A stretch of DNA of 64,000 bases, from NCBI GenBank assembly GCA_000004985.1, contig GG738908.1; one strand, written 5' to 3'. Source of the stretch: Naegleria gruberi (lineage: Eukaryota). Both the position numbers and the translations under genes were made by a program. The notes beneath the pieces are model-generated. The model ran no database searches. It had not been told where the DNA came from and was given only the letters and a program-made list of their open reading frames with translations. The first letter of the stretch is position 1. Every line of letters begins with the position of its first letter. This document shows, in pieces, positions 55,758 to 64,000 of the stretch.

Positions 55758-56807
55758 CTAGTCAATTCTGATTACAACCTTTCCAAAGTGCTTTCCACTA
55801 GCCAAATACTCAAAAGCTTCTTTTACATTCTCAAAGTCAAACACCCTATCTACAACAGGTTTAATTTCATTAATTTCAATGGACTTGTTCATCCTCTCAA
55901 ACACACCTCTCGATCCAATATAAATTCCCCTCATCTGGACCGAACTATAGAGAACCTTCTCTCCAAATCCACTACAGGTTCCAGCAGACTTGGCCAAAAC
56001 ACCAATAATATGGACATGCCCTCCCAAACGCACAGCATCCAGTGAACGATTCAAAGTGCCCTCTCCACCAACTTCCAACACATGATCGACACCTTTTCCG
56101 TTAGTAATTTCTCTCACCTTAATTTCCCAATCTGGATGTTTCTTATAATTAATTAAAAAAGAAGCACCAAGAGATTGAGCGAGTTTTAACTTTTCATCAC
56201 TGGAGGACAGTACCATAACTTGGCAACCAGCTCTTACTGCAAATTGAAGACCAAACAGAGAGACACCACCAGTTCCAATAATGAGAACAGTTTCGCCTGG
56301 GCCTGCCTTGACACCATTCTCATTGAGAGCACTCCATGCAGTGACTGCAGCACATGGTAAGGTTGAAGCTTGTTCATAACTCAAATGAGAAGGAAACTTG
56401 ATCAAAGCACTCTCTTCAAAGACACGATATTGAGCCAAGACTCCTGGTACAGTAGCACCAAGAGCACGAGAGACATTGTCAGGAGTGATAGGACCATCTT
56501 GCCAAGTTTCAAAGAAGGTTCCACATACACGATCACCAATTTGAAAGGAAGTTACTTCATCTCCCAAGGCAACTACTTGTCCAGCTCCATCTGAGAGTGG
56601 AATTAATCCTGGTGGGAAGGAGAAACTTCCAAATTGACCTCTCGAGATGAGAATGTCTCTAAAGTTGAGACTGGCTGCATGTAAACGAACAAGGACTTGT
56701 TTTCTTTGGGGAGTTTCTACTGGTTCTGAAGGGAAGAGAGTAAGACCATGTGTGCCTTCAAAATGTTGTAGACGATATTGTTTTTGTGTGGTTGGGATTT
56801 CTGCCAT
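55758..56807 (-). CDS. Medium-chain dehydrogenase/reductase family, quinone-oxidoreductase / zinc-type alcohol-dehydrogenase-like (349 aa).
   Basis: ATG at 56807. The nucleotide-binding segment is VLIIGTGGVSLFGLQFAVRAGCQV. The overall MDR layout is LVRLHAASLNFRDI...GDRVCG... The stop is TAG, which is unusual here. Confidence 0.8.
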   Translation of the reverse strand: MAEIPTTQKQYRLQHFEGTHGLTLFPSEPVETPQRKQVLVRLHAASLNFRDILISRGQFGSFSFPPGLIPLSDGAGQVVALGDEVTSFQIGDRVCGTFFETWQDGPITPDNVSRALGATVPGVLAQYRVFEESALIKFPSHLSYEQASTLPCAAVTAWSALNENGVKAGPGETVLIIGTGGVSLFGLQFAVRAGCQVMVLSSSDEKLKLAQSLGASFLINYKKHPDWEIKVREITNGKGVDHVLEVGGEGTLNRSLDAVRLGGHVHIIGVLAKSAGTCSGFGEKVLYSSVQMRGIYIGSRGVFERMNKSIEINEIKPVVDRVFDFENVKEAFEYLASGKHFGKVVIRID

Positions 56808-57269
56808 TTTTTGATTTTGCTATTTTCTATGTTTCTCTTTTACCTTTATTGTAAAATGTTACAACGAGCATAAATATTCCTGCGCCCTATTGAATTATCA
56901 CGCCAAGAATTTCAGTTATTGAGCACGTACTAATTAAGATTTTTACAATAGCAATCATGATGATAATCACAATCAAACTTCAGTTTCATCATGAAAAGAA
57001 GAAGGAACAATTTCTCAATCTGTAAATCCTCGTTTCAGAGCAATTTGGCATCATGTGAGGAACGGTAACCAGCTTAATCAATTGATTTCTACAGTATTCG
57101 ATTATACAAATGGTCAATTTCATATCATAACCAAGACCTCCTACCAATTGAATTGAATATTATTCTTTCCGATGAGGGTTTTCATGTGATTTTCTTGAGC
57201 TTGAAGAAACGTGTGAATTGAATTTACCTTTGTTAAGTAAGGGTTAATAATATTGTTCGAATGATTTAT

Positions 57270-58961
57270 TTAATAGTAAATATCTCTGACACCTTCAGCA
57301 ATTCTTTCAAGGTTCTTCTTGAGTGACTTTCTCTTGGCTTCAGATGGAATGTTCTTTTGTTCTTCTTCAATTCTGTTCCAACCAACAGTTTGAGTTTTTT
57401 CATCGGCATAGTCATGCAAGTATTCAGCAAGTGTCATGATACTGTTAGGATGACACATATTTTGAATGTCACCCTTCTTGGCAATCTTCATAAACTTTTC
57501 ACCAGTACGATTCATTCTGTAACAAGCAGTACAGAAGCTTGGCATGTATCCAGTTTCCAATAATTCACGAATAACTTCACCAGTATTTCTGTGATCACCT
57601 AATGAGAATTGACCCATAGAGTAGTCATCACGCTCGTCTTCCTTCTTTTCATAACCACCAACTGCAGTGTTGGATCCAGCAGACATTTGTGAAATACCAA
57701 GAGAAAGCAATTCTCTTCTCATATCTGGATTTTCTCTTGTGGAGAGAATCATACCAGTGTATGGAACTGAACATCTCAATACAGCAACCAATTTTTTGAA
57801 TTGAGCATCACTGACAAGGTTTGGAACATGAACAGAAACCTCAGAGCCAGATGCTGGTTTCAGTCTTGGAACTGAGATGGTGTGTGGGCCAGCATTCCAA
57901 ACATCACTCAAATGGTTAGCATGTTGCAACATTGCCAACACCTCGAATCTATAGTCATATAAACCAAACAAAGCACCAATACCAACATCATCCAATCCAG
58001 TCACGAAGGCCTTATCCATGGTTTGCAATCTGTCGTAGTATTGTCCTTTAGTACCAAATGGATGCATTTCCTTGTGTGTTTGACGATGATAAGTTTCTTG
58101 GAACAAGATGTATGTTCCGACCTTGTTGGTTGCCTTCAATCTTCTAAAATCAGAAACACTCAATTGAGGAATTTCAACATTGATTCTTCTCACATCACCA
58201 TGAGGTTCAGTCTTGACATCAGCAGCAACTTGCAATTGTCTCATAAAATCTTCAAATGTATACTTTGGACTTTCTCCGCACAACATTAAAATTCTCTTGT
58301 GACCTTGTTTTTGTAAAGCTTCAACTTCTCTAATGACTTCTTCATCAGAGAGGGCTGATCTTGGCATTTCCTTATTAGATCCTCTGTATCCACAATATAA
58401 ACAACTTCCAACACAATAATTACTAGTATACAGTGGTGCAAACAAAACAATTCTGTTTCCGTAAATTAATTCCTTAATATAAAAAGCTGTTGTATATAAA
58501 CTGTTGAGAATATCAGTTTCTTCCTCTGGAATATTCAACAAGGTTGCAGTATCTTCAAGTGACAATCCTTGAATATATTCATCTTTAGGAATGGTTTCAC
58601 AACTTTGTGATTCAACTTCTCCACCATTCTTCTTATTTCGGAGAAGTGGTGATTTGAGCAAGGCTTGATCTCTAGCTCTCTTCAAAATTTGTCGAACGTG
58701 TTCATGATCTTTGGCTTTTTCCTTTGTTTCTTCCATCATTTGATGAATAAGTTTTTCATCAATAATTTTGGTTGGATCTGGAAGTTGTTTCAAGGTTTCT
58801 GGTTCTCTTTCTACGGACCACCTAGCTTGTGATTTAATGGATGTATGGAAATTCTTTGATGCAGATAACAATGAAGCACTACTACCATTAGTAACAGCAC
58901 AACTACTCAAAAGACCTGATCTTCTTCCACCATTAGCAGCCAATCTAGCTAAACTCTTCAT
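57270..58961 (-). CDS. hydG: [FeFe]-hydrogenase maturase HydG (radical-SAM tyrosine lyase), 563 aa, with an N-terminal targeting-like extension.
   Basis: The radical-SAM motif is CVGSCLYCGY (CX3CX2C). The HydG-specific C-terminal auxiliary-cluster motif CTAC-X22-C (CX2CX22C) is present exactly. It is ThiH-like overall. The N-terminus is MKSLARLAANGGRRSGLLSS. Confidence 0.88.
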   Translation of the reverse strand: MKSLARLAANGGRRSGLLSSCAVTNGSSASLLSASKNFHTSIKSQARWSVEREPETLKQLPDPTKIIDEKLIHQMMEETKEKAKDHEHVRQILKRARDQALLKSPLLRNKKNGGEVESQSCETIPKDEYIQGLSLEDTATLLNIPEEETDILNSLYTTAFYIKELIYGNRIVLFAPLYTSNYCVGSCLYCGYRGSNKEMPRSALSDEEVIREVEALQKQGHKRILMLCGESPKYTFEDFMRQLQVAADVKTEPHGDVRRINVEIPQLSVSDFRRLKATNKVGTYILFQETYHRQTHKEMHPFGTKGQYYDRLQTMDKAFVTGLDDVGIGALFGLYDYRFEVLAMLQHANHLSDVWNAGPHTISVPRLKPASGSEVSVHVPNLVSDAQFKKLVAVLRCSVPYTGMILSTRENPDMRRELLSLGISQMSAGSNTAVGGYEKKEDERDDYSMGQFSLGDHRNTGEVIRELLETGYMPSFCTACYRMNRTGEKFMKIAKKGDIQNMCHPNSIMTLAEYLHDYADEKTQTVGWNRIEEEQKNIPSEAKRKSLKKNLERIAEGVRDIYY

Positions 58962-59428
58962 CTTTTCTACTCGGATGTTTTTTTTGTATGAAATTGTATG
59001 TACAAGGTGATATTTGTGTTTTTCAAGTTGTTGTGTTGATATTTGGCTAATGAAAAACTCAAATTTGTTTTGAATTGTGTTTTGTTTTAATTTTTTCTAT
59101 TGTTGTCTAATAGATGACAAAGAAGAGTTTTTCGCTTGTGCTGACGAAAAGATTCTCCACCAAATTAGTGCCTGATTCAATACAAAAAAAAAGATGAGGA
59201 ACCAAAAAGGAAATGAGGTAAGAATCATAGAGTTGTGTATTGAGACCTTTTTCAAGTGAGAGAATCAATAGTTGAAAGAATCTCTTAGAGTTTCATCATC
59301 CAATGAATACATCTTTGCTTAAAAGTCATTGTTTTGCATTGAGAACTATTTTGGAAAAAATTAAGAAAAAAAAATAGCAAAAAAAAACAAAAGCGAAAAT
59401 TCAATCTCATCTTTTCGTAAAATAGTTC
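58962..59428. promoter_or_regulatory. 467-bp divergent promoter region shared by HydG (minus) and HydE (plus).
   Basis: It lies between the two start codons. It is AT-rich with poly-A runs and no ORF. Confidence 0.45.
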
Positions 59429-61003
59429 ATGATGAAGGGATTGAAAAAATCAGCCACGACACTTCTAAGATCGTCCAAGAGTGGTGGTATCAACTTTAAA
59501 GCAGCATCATTGATTTCGGAATTGAAGTTTGTTCCGAATCAATTGTTGATGAGAAATAACTTTTCTACTTCTTTGATACAACAACATGGCGACCACCACC
59601 ATGATCATCATCATCATGATTTGATGGAGGATGAACTGTTACCTACTCCTAAAAAGACAATTATCAATATTAAAGAACCTCCAATACCTACAGAAGTTGA
59701 TTTGGGAGCAATGGGTGAGCAAGTTGCAACAGCATCATCAGCCAATTCTGATCCAAAAGCTGCTGAACGTAAAATGAAAAGAGCAAGAACTGTAAATTAT
59801 CTTCAAAAACCACTCGAACAGAGAATTTTAGTATTGGAAAAGTATTTTGGAGTGAAACCAGAACTTGGAAAACCTGTGGAATTAACAAAGGAACAAATTG
59901 TAAATGTTTTAAATATTGAGGATCATGAGGAACAAAGAGCTCTCTTTGACTATGCCAATTCAATTACTGAATCAATTTATGGCTCAAAGGTTTACTTTAG
60001 AGGTATTATTGAATTTTCAAATGTTTGTCAGAAGGACTGCAATTATTGTGGTATTAGAAAACATATGCAAGTACCAAGATATACAATGCCAAAAGAAGAA
60101 ATAATAGAACAAGCTATTTGGGCCTATGAAAATCATTTTGGATCCATCATGTTACAATCTGGTGAATTGAATACAGAAGGAAGAATCTCAATGTTAGTCG
60201 ATGTCATTCGTGAAATTAAGAAACGTACAGGTGGAGGAGGTCCAGGTGAATGGAATAAGGGACTTGGTATTGCTCTCGGTGTTGGTGAATTGAGTAGAGA
60301 ATCTTATCAGAGATTATATGATGCTGGTGCTCACAGATATCTCCTAAGAATTGAAACATCCAATCCAGAACTCTACTCTAAACTCCATCCTAACGATGAA
60401 AATCACGTATGGGAAGAACGAAAGAAGTGCTTGGAAACTCTAATGGATATTGGATATCAAACTGGTACTGGTGTAATGATTATGATTCCAAATCAAACAG
60501 TTCAAGATTTGGCAGACGATTTACTCTTCTTTAGAAAAATTGGAGCTGATATGATTGGTATGGGACCATACATTGTTCAAGAAGGAACACCAATTGGAAA
60601 GATTTGGATGGAGCAATATGGTCACATGAATGAAGCAGAAAAGAAGGAATATAACAGAGTTCTATTCAGATTGGCTCTGAAGATGACTGCCCTGGCAAGA
60701 ATTTTAATTCCTGAAGCTAATATTTCTGCAACAACAGCTCTTCAAGCCATCAATCCAGCTGGTAGAGAAATAGCTTTAAGTTCTGGTGCCAATATGGTCA
60801 TGCCTATTATTACACCAACCAAGTATCGTGTCAATTATCAACTCTATCAAGGAAAACCTTGTATTGATGATACTAAGGAAGAATGTAAGAGATGTTTAAC
60901 AGATCGTGTTAAATGGTCTAACAAGCAATTGATTTTAGATGAATGGGGTGATCCAATCAGCTACTTTAATAAGAGAAATATGAAAGTACCGAACAAGGAA
61001 TAA
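59429..61003 (+). CDS. hydE: [FeFe]-hydrogenase maturase HydE (BioB-like radical-SAM), 524 aa, with an N-terminal targeting-like extension.
   Basis: ATG at 59429. The radical-SAM motif is CQKDCNYCG. The HydE-specific C-terminal motif C-IDDTKEE-C-KR-C (CX7CX2C) is present exactly. The N-terminus is MMKGLKKSATTLLRSSKSGG...NFSTSLIQQ, followed by a His-rich tract HGDHHHDHHHHD. Confidence 0.88.
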   Translation: MMKGLKKSATTLLRSSKSGGINFKAASLISELKFVPNQLLMRNNFSTSLIQQHGDHHHDHHHHDLMEDELLPTPKKTIINIKEPPIPTEVDLGAMGEQVATASSANSDPKAAERKMKRARTVNYLQKPLEQRILVLEKYFGVKPELGKPVELTKEQIVNVLNIEDHEEQRALFDYANSITESIYGSKVYFRGIIEFSNVCQKDCNYCGIRKHMQVPRYTMPKEEIIEQAIWAYENHFGSIMLQSGELNTEGRISMLVDVIREIKKRTGGGGPGEWNKGLGIALGVGELSRESYQRLYDAGAHRYLLRIETSNPELYSKLHPNDENHVWEERKKCLETLMDIGYQTGTGVMIMIPNQTVQDLADDLLFFRKIGADMIGMGPYIVQEGTPIGKIWMEQYGHMNEAEKKEYNRVLFRLALKMTALARILIPEANISATTALQAINPAGREIALSSGANMVMPIITPTKYRVNYQLYQGKPCIDDTKEECKRCLTDRVKWSNKQLILDEWGDPISYFNKRNMKVPNKE

Positions 61004-61102
61004 AGACTCGTTTTGTACTTCCTGGAACCAATCACAAATGATTTGAGAATTATCTGCTTCAGTTCGTCATAAAAATTTTTTTATTTTGAACGTATTGGTC
61101 AA

Positions 61103-62215
61103 TTAATTCAATTTGAACATTCCTTGAACATCCTTTGCAGAGTAGGCTCCTTCCAAACTCTTCTTCTCCTCTTCAGTCAATTGAATTTCCAATGCTTGAA
61201 CATTGAGCTCAACATTAATAGCCTTTGTTGCACCAATTACCGGACTTACAACCCCAGGCTTTGAAAGCAACCAAGCAAGTGCAATTTGAGCTGGAGAAAC
61301 ATTTCTATTCTTGGCAATCTCAGAAACTTTTCTCAAAGTTTCCTTATCACCTTCAGTCAACTTGTCCTTAAATAAGGATTGAACAAAATCGGTGCTTTGT
61401 CTCTTGGATCCGTTTTCAGTAGTTTCAGTTGCCTTCTCCTCAGCATTGACAAATTCATGAGCACGAGCTAACATTCCATTAGAAAGAGGTCCCCAAGGTG
61501 TGAGTGAAACACCTTGATCAACACACAATGGATTCATTTCTCTCTCCTCTTCTCTATAGATGAGATTGTAGAGATTTTGCATGGAAATGAATTTAGTCAA
61601 TCCCTTCTTCTCAGCATAATGTTGAGCTTTAGCAAATTGCCAAGCAAACATAGTAGAAGCACCAATGTATCTGACCTTGCCAGATTTAACCAAATCATGG
61701 AGAGCGTCCATGGTTTCTTCAATTGGTGTTTGTTCATCCCAACGATGGATAATGTACAAATCAATGTCTGTTTGAATTTTTCATTTCGTACGAGTTGAAA
61801 TAAAGTAATACTTACAATCAAGACCCAATCTTTGTAATGAATCCTCAACGGCATGCATAATGTGCTTTCTGGAAAGGCCCATAGTATTCGGCTTGGCTTG
61901 ACTACCAACCATAATGAGCTTTTGTTCACCAGAACGATCCAATGGTGCACAAACTTTGGTAGCTACCACAATTTCCTCTCTCGGAATGTTAAATTCCTTA
62001 ATGAACTTGCCCAAAATTCTTTCACTTTCTCCATTGCTGTAAATATTGGCAGTGTCGAAAAAGTTAATGCCCAAATCCCAGGCCTTCTTCAAAATGGTCA
62101 ATGATTCCTCTTCTTCCAAAACCCATGGAAGCCACTTGGAAGATCCAAAGCTCATGCAACCCAAACAAAGTTGAGAAACCTTCAAACCACTTTCACCCAA
62201 ATTGACGTATTTCAT
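61103..62215 (-). CDS. Aldo-keto reductase, ~354 aa. Two exons: 61816-62215 and 61103-61767.
   Basis: ATG at 62215. A 48-nt intron (gtaagtattacttt...caaacag) at 61768-61815 joins in frame. It splits and so reconstitutes the AKR signature ...LQRLGLD|YIDLYIIHRWDEQTP. Exon lengths 400+665 = 1065 nt. Confidence 0.85.
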
Positions 62216-62536
62216 ATTGTATTAAATTGCGATGGAAACTGTTAGTGCAGATAGAATTAAATTCAAAAACTAGTTGTGAATTTGTTTTTTTGTGTTTGGA
62301 ATTAGAGTTTTGTTTCGAGAGCCAAAATTTAAACACAAAATTTATGCTTTTAATTATGCGCGCAGAATCAAATGATTCCAACAGATTTGTGCTCTTATTT
62401 AAACGAGCAGAATTATGATCATTATTGATTGAGGAGGTGGAAATACAACCATTGTCCTGCCAAAACACTGACAACAGCCTAGGTAGCTTGGTGATGCGTT
62501 TCAATTGTTAATAATTCTTATTTTAGGGTAATGAAT

Positions 62537-62654
62537 GGCTACGGCCATATCACGATGAATGCACCTCATCCCGTCCGATTTGAGAAGTTAAGCATCGTCG
62601 AGCCACATCAGTACTGAGGTTGGAGACAACTTGGGAACCTGTGGTGCTGTAGTC
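62537..62654 (+). rRNA. 5S ribosomal RNA gene.
   Basis: GGCTACGGCCATATCACGATGAATGCACCTCATCCCGTCCGATTTGAGAAGTTAAGCATCGTCGAGCCACATCAGTACTGAGGTTGGAGACAACTTGGGAACCTGTGGTGCTGTAGTC. Helix I pairs the 5' end (GGCTACGGC) with the 3' end (GCTGTAGTC), with two GU pairs. It has the conserved CCCGTCCGAT and AGTTAAGC blocks. Confidence 0.9.
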
Positions 62655-62659
62655 TTTTT
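62655..62659 (+). terminator. Pol III terminator, a T5 run directly after the 5S gene.
   Basis: ttttt immediately 3' of the 5S 3' end. Confidence 0.6.
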
Positions 62660-63042
62660 AATTTTTTATCTTTTTAAATTAGAAAGCATTACCACAAACA
62701 GCTCCTGTGGAAATGTATGCTTGCCAATCATCCAATTGATTGTCTTCCCTTCACCACTGGCAACAATGAATTCATTATTCGACAATAGAAACCAATATAT
62801 TGATTCAATTCTGCCACTACAACAATATTCGTTATCCATGTTCACACTTTCCTCATCAAAAAGCCATGAACACAATCACCATGTTAAAAAAAATTACCAC
62901 ACTAACCATATAAATTAGTTGCAATTAACTATTCTGCAACACGAACATCAACAACACATATACATTTGGCTTTGCAACATTGAAGCTATTACTTCAGCTG
63001 CCAAACGTCATTCCATTAAAAACTTCATCAAAAGTTAAAAAA

Positions 63043-64000
63043 ATGATTCCTTCCTCCTCTGACCCAGTAGCAGCGACAACTACAAAAACTGCTGTTGAAG
63101 GAGGAGTTATCGAACAACATGTGTCATCACCATATGACAGCTGCAGGAATCAACCAAATATTGACATTTCATTATCCACAACTTGTTTGAAAACCTCTGA
63201 ATATTCCAATAATACAATATCTACTCCCACTAGCAGCGCTGCTATTTCCAACAATATTTCCTCCACTACTACTACTCCATTATCCACAAAACTTTCCCTC
63301 CAAAATCTTCATCATCATCATCAGCCAAATAATAATAATAATTTATTTTCATCATTATCGATATCGGAGGGGAATACTTCACCACATGCGAGAAATGAAA
63401 GTAATAATAATAACAATAATGGAGGAAGTTATGCTGGTGGTGCTGTTGGAGGAGGTAATATAATTCTAACACTTTCAATGCCAACACCCAATACACCCAA
63501 TACGCCGAAAGGACAAACAGGTAATAATGCGAATCGACAGGAACATGAAGAGAAGGCTCCTGAAGATGCTGCCAATGATGATAATCTTGTAGGCAATGGA
63601 AGGAAGAGTAGTGGTGTCGATGTTGATCAGCCTCAAGTGCTGCTGAACAAATCCTCCTCTAATAATTCCTCTTCTTTTAATCACAACAATAATGAAATAT
63701 TTGGCGCCAATAATAATAACAAACAAGAAATATCTAAAATAACAACAAATAATCAGCAGCAACAAGAACAATATGTAGGAGGAGGACAAGAACAATATCA
63801 GCAGCAATATCAAATTATTCTAGTGAAGGAAAATCAACAACAACAACAACATGTTTATGAAAAACGAGGAAGTGAAGATCAGAGAGTTTCATTCTCTTCG
63901 GCAACAAGTGATTCTTCATCATCATCAACAATTCAGCCTTTGCACTTGACCAATAATAATAATTCAAATAATAATACTACTACTACTAGTGAATCATCGA
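63043..64000 (+). CDS. 5' part of a Ser/Asn/Gln/Thr-rich low-complexity protein (partial; it runs off the window end).
   Basis: ATG at 63043. There is no stop in 958 nt of this frame. Codon structure is visible through poly-N, poly-H (HHHH) and poly-Q runs. The track misses it because no stop is reached; it lists only antisense shadow ORFs here. Confidence 0.55.
   Translation, partial: MIPSSSDPVAATTTKTAVEGGVIEQHVSSPYDSCRNQPNIDISLSTTCLKTSEYSNNTISTPTSSAAISNNISSTTTTPLSTKLSLQNLHHHHQPNNNNNLFSSLSISEGNTSPHARNESNNNNNNGGSYAGGAVGGGNIILTLSMPTPNTPNTPKGQTGNNANRQEHEEKAPEDAANDDNLVGNGRKSSGVDVDQPQVLLNKSSSNNSSSFNHNNNEIFGANNNNKQEISKITTNNQQQQEQYVGGGQEQYQQQYQIILVKENQQQQQHVYEKRGSEDQRVSFSSATSDSSSSSTIQPLHLTNNNNSNNNTTTTSESS

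Noticed and set aside
55758-56807. The quinone-oxidoreductase gene as a recent bacterial horizontal transfer, since it is locally GC-richer, has C-ending codons and uses a TAG stop.
   Set aside because: Other clearly native genes here (the adenylate kinase gene, the Pro/Arg-rich peptide gene) show similar C-ending codon use and local GC. MDR quinone reductases are widespread in eukaryotes. Composition alone is not sufficient.
1-64000. Giant-virus (Mimivirus-like) origin, suggested by collagen-like repeats, ankyrin/BTB/F-box proteins, tRNAs and AT-richness.
   Set aside because: There are multiple canonical spliceosomal introns with GTAAGT donors. There is a 5S rRNA gene. There are TALE homeobox, RGS, nucleotidyl cyclase and polyQ/N proteins. 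There are no viral hallmark genes such as a capsid, a packaging ATPase or a PolB.
1-64000. CRISPR arrays, restriction-modification or toxin-antitoxin or other prokaryotic defence systems, and transposon terminal repeats.
   Set aside because: No direct-repeat/spacer periodicity, no prokaryotic operon structure, and no transposase, integrase or reverse-transcriptase ORF was seen. The only large repeat is the paralog inverted repeat.

Overview
This window is AT-rich nuclear DNA from a eukaryote, not a prokaryotic or viral locus. It carries densely packed protein-coding genes on both strands, with TAA as the dominant stop codon. Introns are spliceosomal and very short, mostly 40-60 nt with occasional 110-486 nt, and use GTAAGT/GTATGT donors and AG acceptors. 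Many proteins have Asn/Gln/Ser homopolymer runs. There are two clean Pol III tRNA genes (Pro-UGG, Met-CAU), one tRNA-Val(AAC)-like element, and a dispersed 5S rRNA gene. The 5S sequence carries a 'GGTTGGAGACAAC' stretch that I recall from Dictyostelium 5S rRNA. Together these point to an amoebozoan, dictyostelid-like genome; I cannot name the species. Several gene models were rebuilt by hand from splice signals and frame continuity, so several adjacent track ORFs are treated here as exons of single spliced genes. Recognisable genes include: a receptor-type class III nucleotidyl cyclase; a 7TM-RGS protein; a collagen-like six-exon gene; an ankyrin-BTB protein; an F-box protein; a U-box ligase; a TALE homeobox protein; a gene fusing a domain of unknown function to adenylate kinase; a ThyX-family protein with a substituted active-site motif; a quinone-oxidoreductase-like MDR dehydrogenase; and an aldo-keto reductase. 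The feature I consider most worth a second look is a divergently transcribed pair of [FeFe]-hydrogenase maturase genes. HydG carries the exact CX2CX22C C-terminal motif and HydE the exact CX7CX2C motif. They share a 467-bp promoter, both have N-terminal presequence-like extensions, and they sit inside a four-gene run of redox enzymes. The second is a head-to-head pair of ~2,150-aa paralogous receptor-like genes (jacalin-like domain, ~13 tenascin-type EGF repeats, one TM helix). Their 3' ends form a ~740-bp near-identical inverted repeat, which suggests ongoing gene conversion. I found no CRISPR arrays, prokaryotic defence systems or recognisable transposons.
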